From the human T2T-CHM13v2.0 reference genome, Homo sapiens, in NCBI RefSeq assembly GCF_009914755.1, contig NC_060926.1: 64,000 bases of DNA, one strand, 5' to 3'. The translations under genes were made by a program, and so were the position numbers. The notes beneath the pieces are model-generated. The model did no database searches and was not told the DNA's origin. It was given only the letters and a program-made list of their open reading frames with translations. This document shows positions 1 to 14,230 of the stretch, piece after piece. Each line of letters begins with the position of its first letter. The stretch's first letter is position 1.

Positions 1-1848
1 CATCAGGCAAATCCTCCAACATGAGGACAAATCAAGAAGTTGGCACAGATGGCAGAGGACAACTTGAAAGCACAGAACATAAACAACTAGTAACCTGATG
101 GTGGCCATGCTGGTGGTACTCACCATGGTGGTAAGCTTCCCTACTTTAGGAGCAACTCAGATTTCACTTACTGGGCATATGTCCCATTTCCTCCTTTAAT
201 TAGGTCTGTGAGTTGGATGGATCCTGTTATTGAGGTGTACACCAACAACAGTAGCTGGATGCCTGAGCCCATAGATAACCGAGGGCCAATGCATCCTAAT
301 GAGGAAGGGATGAAAATGAATATATCCATAGGATGTAAATATCCTCCAATATGCCTGGGACCTGCTGTTGGATGCTTACAAATTATCACACGAGCCTGGT
401 TGGCAATAGTTCCTGGAAAAAATAAATCACATGATTTCAGGGCATAGTTTAAAATATAATCATTCCAAACCTAAAATTCTGCAGTTCCATCTGAATAAGC
501 TTGAATATGGCAAAACAGAGTTTGGTTTGAAGGTGTGGACACTTGAACTTGGGAAGATTGTATAGCAAGTAAGGCTGAGGTGCTACAAAATAATTCCTAT
601 GGAATCGTCATTGATTGGTCCCCAAAGAGGATTTTTAAAGACAATTGCACTGCAAGGCCCTCTTGTTGAACAAATGTAATAAACCAGTGGAATCATTGGC
701 AATGGAATCATACACAGTATGTTCAGACAGAAGCTGATTTCCCTATCATATGGAGTCCTGCTGGCATTGTCGCCCCTAGTCCAAAAATGATATCTCCTGC
801 CATAGGACAAGAACATTCAGAATTATGGAAATTAACTATAGATCAAAGTTCAATCAAAATTTGGGAGGGCAAATATAATAAGTATAGCAGGGAGGGAGGT
901 AAAAATAAATATGTTCTTTCTTTTCTTTCCAACAGGACCTTCTGGATTCAGAGTTGTGTTCAGCCACCTTTTATGCTAGCAATAGGAACTGTTACTCTTG
1001 ATATAAATACACACTTTATTACATGCTCCAAATGTCACTTGTTTACCTGCATTAACTCAACCTTTGATAAAAATCAAACCATTTTATTAATTAGAACCAG
1101 GGAAGGAGTTTGGATCCCTGTGTCCCTAAATAGACCATGGGAGGCATCACCATCTATTCATATTGTAACTAAGATCCTTAAAAAACGCTTATCCCATTCC
1201 AGAGGATTTATAGTTGCTCTTATATTTGCTATAATTGGCCTCATTGCTGTTACTACTACTGCTGCAGTAGCTGGTGTGGCTCTACACTCATCTGTGCAAA
1301 CTGCTGAATTTGTCAATAAGTGGCAAATGAATTCCACAAAACTATGGAATTCTCAGGCTCAAATAGATCAAAAAGAGTTAACCAAATTAATGATCTCCAT
1401 CAGACAGTGATTTGGATGGGAGATTGTATTATGAATTTAGAAAGTAGAATCCACATGCAATGTGATTGGAATACATCTGACTTTTGTATTACTCTCCATA
1501 GTTATAATGAAACAGGACTCCGATGGGAAAAGATTAAATGCCATCTGGAGAGCAGAGATGAAAAATCTCACCCTCAATATTGTGAAGCTAAAAGAGCAGG
1601 TTTTTGAAGCTTCTCAGGCTCACTTAGTCCTGCACCCTGGAACTGACATCTTGAACAAGGCAGCTGATGGATTGTCTGCAATCAATCCTATGAAATGGAT
1701 TAAGGCCATTGGAAGCTCTACGTTTGAAAATTCTATCCTAATAATTATGTGCTTGTGCTGTCTCCTTTTAGTCTGCAGATGCGGAAGCTGTCTCTGGAGA
1801 GAAAGCTGCTGTCGAGAACAAGCAATGATAGCTGTGGTGGTTTTATGA
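1..1848 (+). pseudogene. env: HERV-K (betaretrovirus-like; probably HML-9/HERV-K14C) env, disrupted by stops and frameshifts, truncated by the window start
   Basis: Translates across frames to [72 protein letters not shown], fusion peptide [54 protein letters not shown] and [15 protein letters not shown]. All are collinear with HML-2 Env. TGA at 22-24 and several frameshifts (ORF pieces 208-447, 787-1410, 1320-1607, 1462-1848). Confidence 0.95.
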
Positions 1849-1861
1849 AAAAAAAGGGGGG
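1848..1861 (+). other. Retroviral polypurine tract
   Basis: AAAAAAAAGGGGGG ending 2 nt (CA) before the TG that starts the LTR at 1864. Confidence 0.85.
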
Positions 1862-1863
1862 CA

Positions 1864-2477
1864 TGTTGGGAGAAGCTGAGGCAGGGCTTGCATGTCTGAT
1901 ATGATGTAAAAGAGTCTTGGAACATGTCTGTGGTTCAGGGTCTAAAGCCCCTCATGGCCTTTGGAACACCAAGCTCTGTGCTAAATGGTGGAAGTCTGCC
2001 CTGCCACACCACAATCTAAGCCCAGGGCATAAAACCCTTCGTGGCTTGGATGGAATCCAGGGCTCAGGGTATAAAACCCCTCGTGGCTTCTGGAATGGGT
2101 CTAGACTTGCTGGCTTCTTGCTTCTAGCACTCCCAAGCTCATAAAACGATTGTATCTTAAACTATAAGAACATGTTCCCCATTATCTCAAGTGGCAGAAT
2201 ATGTTCCATATACTTCAAAGGAAATGCTAAACCATCACAGCTATAGCTCATGTGCTTGATGCACCACTTCCTTTCAACCCCCACATCCTCACCACCTGCT
2301 TCTTTGATCACCAATAAATATGGTGGGCTCCCAGAGCTCGGGGCCTTCACAGCCTCCATACTAGCGTTGGCCCCCTGGTCCCACTTTATGCACTCTAAAC
2401 TTGCCTTTTATCATTCCTTTGACTCTGCTGGACTTCATTGCCGCCATGGCCTGGTGTTGGGTCTGGCCACCCCAACA
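1864..2477 (+). mobile_element. 3' LTR of the HERV-K provirus (LTR14C-like)
   Basis: Termini TGTTGGG...CCCAACA form an inverted repeat; follows the PPT; TATAAAA near 2070; AATAAA at 2313-2318. The start TGTTGGGAGAAGCTGAGGCAGGGCTTG resembles LTR14C as remembered. Confidence 0.88.
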
Positions 2478-2920
2478 TCAGTCAATCATGTCTACTTAAT
2501 AAAACCACAGTAAAAACTCTGGACACTGAAGCCCTGTAGAGCTTCTTGAACACACTGATGTGCCAGGAGGGTAGTGCACCTTGAATTCCTGGGCCAAGGA
2601 CATGGAAGCTTCATGTTTGGGATCGTCCCAGAGCTCATCTTATGGTGGTCCTAATTTGTATCCTTTATAATGAACTATAATTGATCCTAAGTACCATGCT
2701 TTCCTGAGTTCTGTGAGTTTTTCTAGTAAATCATCACACTTGAGGGGGTCAGGAGAACTTCCTGGAGTTGTGGCCAGTTGATCAGAAGTATGGGAACCAT
2801 AGAACTTGTGGCTGGTGTCCAAAGTGAGGGGAGTCTTTCTGGGGACTGTTTCCTTAGACCTGTGCAGTCTGTTCTAGCTGTGGTTGGTCAGTGTCAGAAT
2901 TGCATTGCAGTATTGCACAC
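2478..2920 (+). mobile_element. Older LTR fragment (MER21-like) interrupted by the provirus
   Basis: CAATCATGTCTACTTAATAAAACCACAGTAAAAACTCTGGACACTGAAG...GTGTCAGAATTGCATTG resembles the MER21 3' half and starts right after the HERV-K LTR end. Confidence 0.55.
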
Positions 2921-3363
2921 CTTCTAAACTCAGCTGCCTCCATTGTACCTCTCTTGGGGCAGTGCATGTATATGTTATTTTTCAAATTCAATATTTGAAA
3001 GAAAAACATGCTAGTAGTGAATTTATCCAGTCAATCAAAGGTATCCCAATGCAGGGCTACAGAAATCCAGACAGAGTAACACTGTAAATAAGGATGTGGA
3101 CAAGCTGACATTAATAACATGTAATTATAAAAGGCATACTGGTGGATAGAAAATACTAGCTAATTTGGAGTTTCAGTAAATTAATTTGTGCTTAATTAAA
3201 ATTTTATAGTATTGGAATCCCTAAGCCAAATGATTTTTTTTCTAGTTTATTTGCTGCTTACTCATTTGCTTGTTTATTATTTAAGCTATTTAAATTTTAA
3301 AATATTCAAGAGAGGTTATCAAGTTAAATAAAGTTTAAAAATCACAAAAAAAGTCATCAATTA

Positions 3364-3659
<296 letters not shown>

Positions 3660-5720
3660 TCAGTTAGTCATGATCTCTGATAATCTGTTATCCTTGGAGA
3701 TTTGGAAAGTCTTCATCGTTACCATTAGTGACCTAGTCTTTCAGGATTTGGTTTGATCTTCCCAGACTTGACTGGGCAGGGGGACTTCTATGGAAAAGAC
3801 TGGTCCAAGATCCAGGGATGTCTCCTTTAGTCAAGGGGAGCCCGGGCAATGGAGTAGCCTGGCCTTCTTGAGGTCTCATGCTTCCAAGTTGAGTGATCCC
3901 CTGCCCTCTCTCACAGGAAAGACATAGGAGAAATTCAGCCTCACTGTCTCCAGTTTTTTTGTGTGATTTATGGTGTTGCCAGGTGAAATCTCAACCCCGT
4001 AATTCATCCATACATGTTAGCCAAGAACAATTTTACACGGAAAGGGTCCAGATAACTGAATTAACAAACATTATCTGACCCACATGGTATACTGTAGAGT
4101 TATTTCTGCAATTTGAGTTTGCTTTTGCTTTTTAGTAACATGGCAAGGAACAAAAGGAACATCTTCAAAGGACCAGCAAAAAGGCTTTTTAGCTTTGTAA
4201 ATAATTTGTCAATGGAACTACAGGTGGGAAAGATGTATTTTGCCTTGCTTGAGTGCCTTGAGAATTGAGAACTCGTGTGTGTGGAGGCTTTGAACTCTCC
4301 GGGAGATGGTGGGAGAGCAGCCCTGTCTCATTTCCAAGGTCCTTTGGAGCAGAAAATGCAATTGCCCTGCTCCTTGCCCTTCATCTGTCAGGTGAGGAGA
4401 TTTTCAATCCTGCCTTCCTGCAGCTCACGGCTCAGCCTTCCCCAGTCTTTGACCTTACCCTCTGCACCCCGCCTGCCATCTCCCCATCACCGAGAATGAC
4501 AGTTACAAGGGAAGAGGTGAGTTTACCAGCCATGCTGAGGTTGTGGCAGGACTTAGGCATGCCCATGCATCCTGTCCCAGATACTGGCTCGCTCCTCAGG
4601 GCAATCTCCTTTCACCTTTTCCAGCCTGTCAGTTCACAAATGTGAAACACATTTCATCATTCTGTTTCCACCAACTGCTTGCATGTTCCCCAGATTTTGG
4701 CCAGCCATAAATTCCCACTGACTCTGAAACTCATCTCCATTCTTCTTCTTGGGCCAATCAAGCATCATGGAGGTTAGTGTGCTTCTTACACCCAGCATGC
4801 AACACCCTAGCTATTCACGCCGAAGGAGTGCATCTGTGGCAAAGCCCTTGGAAAATAATACATATTTTCCCAAATTTAGTGGTGTATTTACTCAGAGCAA
4901 TAAAGACTGATTTGCTACTGTATTTTTGTAAGTATGATACAGTAAGATATTCAACTCCTTTGTTCGCAAACCATTTTTCTCATTATTATTTGTTAGGGTC
5001 TCTTCTATGCTGGGCACTGGGAAGGGAAAGGTGAATAACAATAATACCAGGCCCTCGGGGTCTAATGTTGCCAGAAAGGGGTCACTGGGGGAGCACACAG
5101 CAGGCAGGGTGGCTGAGGTCCTGAGTGAGAAGCCAGTGCTGTGGACATGGGGAGGTCATCTGTCACAATCTGAGGGAGGAGTCAGGGATGAATTTCTGAA
5201 ACGGAAGCAGGAACAAGCTGGGAAAAAGGGTCGGGAATATGGAGGGAGCTTCAGGCAGAGCTCAAGGAACCTCTAGGAGTTTCAAGAGGTGATGGCTCAG
5301 AGCGACAAGGATGGTGGTGAGCTAGGGTTAGGTCCCTCATCCATAGCCTTGGCTGCCATACTAGACAGCTTGGAAATGGCACCTTCTGGTGGAGAAGGCA
5401 CGTTTCAGGGGCCCTGGGTGCCTCCGGGTGTATTTGGAGGTAGGTTTATCTCCTCCTTCCTTTCAGCACTCTCTTCCTCATTTTTGTCTCATCTTTGCTC
5501 TCTCTCCTGAGAGGGACCTTGTGACCTCAGACTGGCCACCCACCCCTTGGGTCCCACCCCAGCTAGTTAGCACCAACACCATCACAAGGCAGTGGGTGCC
5601 ACCCACTAGTGTCCTCATCAGAAACCTGTGGGCTGGTGCCCTTGTATCCTCTTTCAGAACAAGTTCTCACAAGTAATGGGCTGTCACAGGAGAAGACCAG
5701 TTAACTCCTTCATATGACAG

Positions 5721-6358
5721 TGATACAGCAGCTAAAAAGAAATTATTTAGGCAGTTAGTGAGGGTAAGAGAGTCCTCACTAAGGTTTCCGTTTTAACAAA
5801 GAGCACTCCTCAAAAATTTCTTTTCTGACAAAGAGCAGCCTGTAAAATCGAGCTGCAGACATAGATAAGCAAGCTGGAAGCTTGCACAGGTGAATGCCGG
5901 CAGGTGTGCCAATAGGGAAAGGCTACCTGGAAGCCAGGTACATTCAACATAGAGGCTCGATCTTCCCTTTTCTTTGTCACCACGTGTACAGTAAAAAAGC
6001 AGACAACATGGCACTGGCCAGGTAAAGAACTTATCTGCATAATGAAAGATTAGGTTACGGCGGCCAGCTTCTTCGCACGCTATGTAAATAGAACACCTGG
6101 TCCAACAAATCTTTTGGGCCCTATGTAAATCAGACACTGCCTCCTCAAGCTTGTGTGTAAAACCCTGCGCATTTCACCGCAGTACTGGAAGACCCACTTG
6201 GGAGCCCCTCTCTCTCTTCAGGAGAGAGATCTTTTCTCTTTATTTCAACTATTAAAACCTTTGCTCTTAACCTCACTTCTTGTTTGTCAGCATCCTTGTT
6301 TTCCTTGGTGTGAGACAACAAACCTCAGGTATTACCCCAGACAAATGACACCGCTTCA
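5721..6358 (+). mobile_element. ERV1-class solo LTR (LTR43-like, family tentative)
   Basis: TG...CA termini, perfect 4-bp TSD ACAG (5717-5720 / 6359-6362), ATTAAA poly(A) signal at 6251. Confidence 0.8.
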
Positions 6359-7493
6359 ACAGTAGTAAACGCTATGTAACTTACTGTATTTACATTTTCA
6401 CATTGGGAAAGTGTTGAGCTGAAAAATAAATCTCTAGAGGTAAACTTTCATAAGAGTGTGGCAAGCTGACCACTCCTCTACAAATTAAGCCACGCATGTA
6501 AAGATCACTTCTGCCTATAACTATCCTGGACGGTTTTTACAAAATCTTTAAAAAAATTCCTGGCACAATTTTTTTGTTATTACAGTCTGCTTTCTTCTAT
6601 AGATGGCAGGAAAAAAATTTATTTTGTTTTTGAAAGTCCCAGTTTGTGAGTCTCTGGCTAAGAGAGGTTAGCTGTACCAAACATTACACTGGCAGTTACA
6701 TATCTTACAGACAGTTCTGTGCCTGGGCTGCACAGAGACACCTTTCTCTAAGAAGCTTATGAGAGATACATGTACAGGAGTTTTTATTGAAGCCTTATCC
6801 AAGGCTCCTGGAGAGAAGGTGGGAAGGGTAGCAGAAGGAATCATCTTCTAGTTATTAGGGGTTAACATGGGAAGAGTGACTGCTGGAGACAAATCTAATG
6901 GTTTGAACCCAGTTGTGGCCACCAGCCTGCTGGGGCACTTGGTGCTGTGCTGTGTCTGCGGGCAGCTGTGCCTCCAATGTGGCTTGGGGAGTTGCAGAGC
7001 AGGCTGGCACCAGCTTTAGCAATATATCAGCAGCTTACAGAGAAGAATAGGAACCTGCTATGCACTAATGGAAATTTATAGCCGATGCAATCTGGAAAAT
7101 ACATAAAACAACCCAGCATCATGAAGCCAAAATACTTCCTGTGGGCTTAAAGCTAATCCTCGACACCTGGTCAGAGAGATCTAGCTTATTACAGGTTACC
7201 ACTGGTATGTGGCATCCTAGTACCAGAAACCCTGGTTCACTAGCAGTTCATACAGATACCCTTAGAAGTCTGAAGGATTCCTAAGTGGGCTTCAAAATCA
7301 GTGGACAGAAAGAGGCAGAAAAGAGCACAAGAAAAATATGTGGAATTTGTTCCGTGTTATTTTTAAAATTCTCTATTTTTAGACTTGTCAATGTTGTACT
7401 AACATTTGAGTTCATGATGTGTACTATGTACTGCTCTGAACTCCGTAAGCAATAAGCTTGTTTTTATATTCCCACTGCCTAGCGCAATGCCTT

Positions 7494-7544
7494 AGGCTCA
7501 GTATTTAGAACCTCTAAGAGGCTCAGTATTTAGACCCTCTAAGA
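7494..7544. repeat. 25-bp tandem duplication
   Basis: AGGCTCAGTATTTAGA(A/C)CCTCTAAG x2. Confidence 0.85.
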
Positions 7545-7568
7545 CCAATTACAGTATAAAATCCATAG

Positions 7569-7933
<365 letters not shown>

Positions 7934-8039
7934 CAAATGAATTTTAATATACGTATAGAGTTGTGCAACTATAATCACAATTTTAAAACATGTTCATAAC
8001 CCCCCAAAGAATTTGCACACCGTTAGTAATCAATCCCCA

Positions 8040-8216
8040 CCAGGCATGGTGTAATACCAGAACTTTGGGAGGCCAAGGCCAGTTCCAGCTACTCAGGAGG
8101 CTGAGGTGGGAGGATCGTTTGAACTTGGGAGGCAGAGGTTGCAGTGAGCCAAGATCACACCACTGAACTCCAGCCTGGGTGACAGAGTGAGACCCCATCT
8201 CAAATAAATAAATAAA
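8040..8216 (+). mobile_element. Internally deleted Alu
   Basis: Left-arm start joined to the right arm, with a (AAAT)n tail. Confidence 0.85.
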
Positions 8217-9616
8217 TGTTGATTAATCACTTCCCATTTCACCTCAGTTGCCCCTACCTCCCTCCGGTCCCACTCTCTACCCCTTCTTTCCCCAGCCCCA
8301 GGCAACCACTAATCTGCTTTCTGTCTCTATGAATTTGCCTATGCTGGAATTCAATATAAATCAAACAATACCCTATGTGGTGTTTTGTAGCTGGCTTCTT
8401 TCACTCAGCATGATGTTTTTAAGTTTCACTCATGTTGTAGCATGTGTCAGCACATGCTTCTTTTTATTACTGAATAATATTCCATTGTGTAGAGGTGCCT
8501 CACTTTACTTAACCATTCATCAGTTGATGGACATTTGGGTTGTTTCCACTCTTTGTTATGATTAGTCCTTCTAGAAATATTCATGTATGAGTTTCTGTGT
8601 GGACATATGTTTTCATTTCTTTTGGGTATATTTGGGGAGTGGGAACAATTTGGATAGTGGACTTGCTGGGGGTCATGTGGTGATTTTATGTTTAACTTCT
8701 AGACTGTTTTCCAAAGTGATTGTACTATTTTATATTCCCGTCAGCAGTGCATGAGTGCTACGATTTCTCCATATCCTTGCCAACACTGGTTACATCTGTC
8801 TTTTTGACCATAGCCATTGTAGCAGGTATGAAGTAGTATTTACATGTATTTAGATTTGTAGGTCTGTGATGGTCAATGATGTTCAACATCTTTTCTTGTG
8901 TTTATCAGCCATTTGTGTATCTTTTCTGGAGAAATGTCTATTCAAATTCTTTGCCCTTTAAAAAAATTAGTTATTTTTCTTTTATCGATTTTTTCTGTTA
9001 TATATCTATTTTTTCTCCTATTCTGTGTGTTGTCCTTTCACTTTCTTGATGGTATTCATTGGAGCACAAAAATTTTAAATTTTGAGAAAGTCCATATTCT
9101 CTAGTTTTTCTTTTGTCACTCATCTTTTTGGTATCACATCTAAGAAGACTTTGCCTAGCACAAGGTCATGAAGATTTGCTCTTATATTTTCTCCTAAGAG
9201 TTTTGTAGTTTTAACTTTTGCATTTAGGTTAATAATTCATTTTGAGTCTATTTTTGTGTATGAAGTGAAGAAGGGGACCAACTTCATTTGTCGGTATGTG
9301 CATATCCAGTTATCCCTCTACCATTTGTTGAAAATATTATGCTTTCTTTATTGAATTATCTTAGCATACTTGTTGAAAATCAATCAACCATAAATGTGCA
9401 GGTTTATTTCCAGATTCCACATTCTATTCCATTGATCTATGTTTCTGTTAGTACCTATACAGTATTGATTATGATAGTTCTGTAATAGGTTTTAGAGTTG
9501 TCATGAGTCCTCCAACATTTTTCTTTTTCAAAATTCTGTTGGTTATACAGGGTCCCTGAATTTCCACATGAATTTTAGAACCAGCTTACCAATTTCTGCA
9601 AATAAAACAACTGAGA

Positions 9617-9949
<333 letters not shown>

Positions 9950-11239
9950 TAGATTAATTTGGGGGAGTATTGCCATCTCAACAATAGTAAATCTTCCAAT
10001 CTGTGAACATGTGGTGTCCTATTTATTTAGGTCTTCTTTAATTTCTTTCAACACTGTTTCATAGTTTTCAGTGTACAAATACCCTTTTTTAAAAAAAATT
10101 ATTCTTACGTATTTTATTCTTTTTGATGTTGTTGTAAATAAAATTGCTTTAATTTTATTTTGAAATTGTTAATTGCTAGTGCATAGAAATATAATTAATT
10201 TTTATAGATTGATCTTATATCTGGCAGTCTTGCTGAAGTTGCTTATTAGCTCTAATAATTTGTTAGTCATTTCCTTAAAAATGTCTATATGCAAGATAAA
10301 GTCATCTGAAAATAGTGATAGTTTTACTTCTTCCTTTCTGATCTGGATACCTTTTATTTCTTTTTCTTGCTTAATTGCCATGGCTTAAATTTTCAGTACA
10401 ATGTTCAATAGAAGTAGTGGTGGACATTCTTGCCTTTTCCCAACTTAGAGATTAAGTCTGTCTTTTACTATTAAGTTTGTTGTTAGTTGTGGCCTTTTGA
10501 AGATGTTCTTTATTAGGTTAAAAAGAGTCTCTTCTACTGCTAGTTTGGTGGGAGTTTTTATCATGAGTAAGTGCTAAATTTTGTTAGAGGATTTTTCTGC
10601 ATCTATTTTGATCACACATTTTCTTTTCTTTTTTTTAATTAATGTGATGCATTACATTAAGTGATTTTCAAATGTTAAACCAATCTTGCATTTCTGGGAT
10701 AAAATCCACTTAACAGCTGTATATAATCCTTTTAACATGCTGCTGGATTCAGTTTACTAAATTTTAAAACTAATTTTGCATCTATATCCATGAGGAACTG
10801 AATATGTAGTTGTCTTTTCTTGTCATATCTTTATCTGGCTTTAGTATGAGATAATACAGGCATCTTAAAATGTGCCAGGAAACATTCCCTCCTTCTCTAT
10901 TTTCTGAGAGAGTTTATGTAAGATTGGTCTTATTTCTTCCTTAAATGTTTAGTAGAATTCACCAGTGAAGCCATCTGGACCTGGGATTTTTTTGTGGAAG
11001 ATTTTAAATTTCTAATTCAAATCATAGAAGAAATCTAATAATTTAAAAAGATTTTGTAAGATTTGTGTCTTTCTAGGAATTTTTTCTATTTCATAAAAAT
11101 GGTCTAATATGTTAACATCAATTGTTCATACTAACCTCTTCTAATCCCTTTAATTACAATAGGGTCTGTAGTGATGTTTCCTCTATCACTCTTGATTTGG
11201 TCAATTTGTGTCTTCTTTCTTTTCTTGCTCATGTTAGCT

Positions 11240-11471
11240 CAGGGGTTAGCTAACTATGATCCATGAGCCAAATCTGGCTTGCAGTCTATTTCAGTATAGG
11301 CTGGGAGTTAAAAATGGTTTTTGTTTTTTTTTTTTTTACATTTTTAAAGAGTTGTAAAAAACAAACAAACAAAAAACACAAAGAAGAATATGTGATAGAG
11401 ACCATACATGGCCTGCAGAGCCTGTAATATTTACTATCTGGCCCTTTACTAAAAAAATCTGCCAACTCCTG
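11240..11471. mobile_element. MER58A-like hAT-Charlie MITE
   Basis: Terminal inverted repeats CAGGGGTTAGC...GCCAACTCCTG; internal ATGGCCTGCAGAGCC and ATATTTACTATCTGGCCCTTTAC. Confidence 0.8.
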
Positions 11472-14230
11472 GTTAATCCCATGTGCATTTGAGAAGAATG
11501 TGTACACTCTTCTGATCAGTGGAGCAGTATAATGTGCCAGTTGGTCAATTTGGTTTATAGTGTTGTTATTTACTTACTTATTTTTCTGTTTAACTGTTAT
11601 ATCAATTATTGAGAGAGGAGTATGAAAATCTCCATCTGTAACTGTTGAATTCTTTTTTCAATTATTTAGATTTTGTTTCACATAATTTTGAACTCTGCTG
11701 TCAAGTGCATACACATTGGTCATTGTTATTTCTTCTTGATACCTTGACTCGTTTATCATTAGGAAATGTTCCTTTTTGCCTCTAAAATATGTCTTTTCTT
11801 GAACTCAATTTTGTCTGATATTAATATAGCTATTTCAGCTCTCTGATGATGACTGTTTCCATGGTATACCTTTTTCTATTCTGTATTGAAATATAAAATG
11901 TGCCTCTTGAAGACAGCATATCATTGGATCTTCATTGTTTATTCATTCTGACAATCTTTGTCTTTTGATAAGAGTGCTTAGTCTATTTGCAGTAAATATT
12001 TTAATGATGAGATAGGATTTACCCCTATTATTTTGTTTTACTCTCCATATATCTCATGTCAGTTTTGTTTCTCTGCTCCTCTTTTAAAATAAACTTTTGT
12101 GTGGGTTATAATAGTTTGAAATATACAGAAAAGTTGTAAAGGTAGTACAGAGCATCTGTTTCTTTCTATTGTCTTCTTTTGTGGTAAGCTAATATTTGTA
12201 GGTGTTCCATTTTAATTATTTTATTTTTAGCTATGTTTTTGGTTCTATATTTCTTTACAGTCATTGTTCTTAGAATTACAACTGCATCTTCAATGTATTA
12301 CAATCTTCTTCAGGTTACTACTGATTTAATTTCAATAATATATGCCAACTTTCCTCCAGTGTAACTCAGTTTTCTCTGTTTAGTTTTTGTACTGTAATCA
12401 TCATAAAGATTGATTTACGTATGTTGTAAACTCAGCAATAAAATGTTAGAATTATTGCTTTAAATAATCTTACAATTATCAAAGAAATCAAAAAATAAAG
12501 TCTTATATTTGGCCATATATTTACCATTTCTTGTGTTCTTCATGCATTCCTATGGATCTAATTTATTTTATTATGAAGAACTTCCACTCATATTTCTTAA
12601 AGAACAGGTCTACCAGCAAGAGTTATTTCAGTTTTTGTTCATCTGGGAACACCTCACTTTCATGTTTATGTTTGAAGAAGAATCACACTGGATGTAGAAT
12701 TCTTGGTTGACAGCTGAATTTTAGCATATTGGATATGCAATTTCATGGTCTTCTGGCCTTCATTGTTTCTGATGAGAAAACCATTGTTAATCTTATTAAT
12801 GGTCCGCTATATGCGAGGAGTCCTTTTCTTTGCTACTTTCAACAATTTCTCATTTTCTTTTGCTTACAACTATATGACTATCTGTCTAGCTGGGGATCTC
12901 TATCTATGTTTTTTCTATCTAAGGATTGTTGAGCATCTTGAACCTATAATGTTTATTGTCAAATTGTGAAGTTTTTAGTAATTATTTTTCCAAATATTTT
13001 TCTGCTTCCTCTCTCTTTTCTCCTAGTATACTTGATGTTTTCCTATAGATATCTAAGGCTCTGTTTATTCTTCTTCAATATTTTTGCTCTCTGTTCTTCA
13101 GACGGTGTAGTTAATATTGATCAATCTTTAAATTTATTTATTTATTATTCTGTTATCTGCAATTTGCAGTTGAGTCCATCTAAGTGTTTTTTTCATTTTC
13201 GTTATTGTTTTCAACTTTAAAACTAGCTTTTAATTTGTTTATAGTTTCTATTTCACTATTGAGATTCTTTATTGAGTCATTGTGATATTTTTCTTTAATT
13301 CTTTGAACATATTTATAACAGATACTTTGAAACCTTTGTCTATTATATCCAAACTCTATGCTCATCCAGAGTCAGTGCATTTTGACTACTTTTTCTTCCT
13401 GAGTATGAGTCACACATTTTTGGGCTTTTTTTTTCAGTCTAGTAATTTTTAAACTAAAATTGGACATTTTGTATAATATATTGCAGAAACTGTAGATTTT
13501 GTTTCATTTTTCTTAAGGTGGTTGTTGTTGATCATTGCCTGGATTTAAATTCTGAAGGCTGTCTCCCCTGGGGTGTGCCAGATATGAATCTACTAATGTT
13601 TTTATGCTTCTTTATAATTTTTGGCCTTACCTAAAGGCTGCCCCATATCTGCATAGCTCTTCAGTCAGCCAATGTTTTAGATAGTGCTCAAACACCTCAA
13701 GTCTGTAAGGCTTACACCCCCTGCGGAGGTATCTGTATGCAGGCCGAAGAATGCCTCACAGTTTTAAGTGTCCCTAGGCTTTCACTTTTTGTCAAGCTCT
13801 CTTGAGTCTCTCCTCCATGCTGAATAGTTTTCCAGTTGCCCAGGACCATGTGAAGGGCTTATCTTAGTTCTTCTGTAGCTCTCTTATTTCTAATACTTTC
13901 TTGTTAAATTGCTAGTTGTCTCATTGTTTGTTTTAATCAGGTCCCCAGTCTCAGGCTAGTGAAACTGCAGGCTTTCCTTTGTAAAAGAAACCAGAGCTGG
14001 ACACTAACCAAAGCAGTAAAACAGATTTTATTCAGGAACTATTGCAAAAGGGGAAAAGAGACCTCAATATATGGTGTTCTCAATTCCAAATACAGCAAAG
14101 ACAATTGAGAATTTATAGCCAAGGAGGAGGTTGTAGGGATATGGTTTGTGAAAAAATTACTAATAGGAGACATCAAGGGTAGTGAAAATTCTTACTAAAC
14201 TAACCTAAAAGTATTCTTGCTAAAGGTAGG

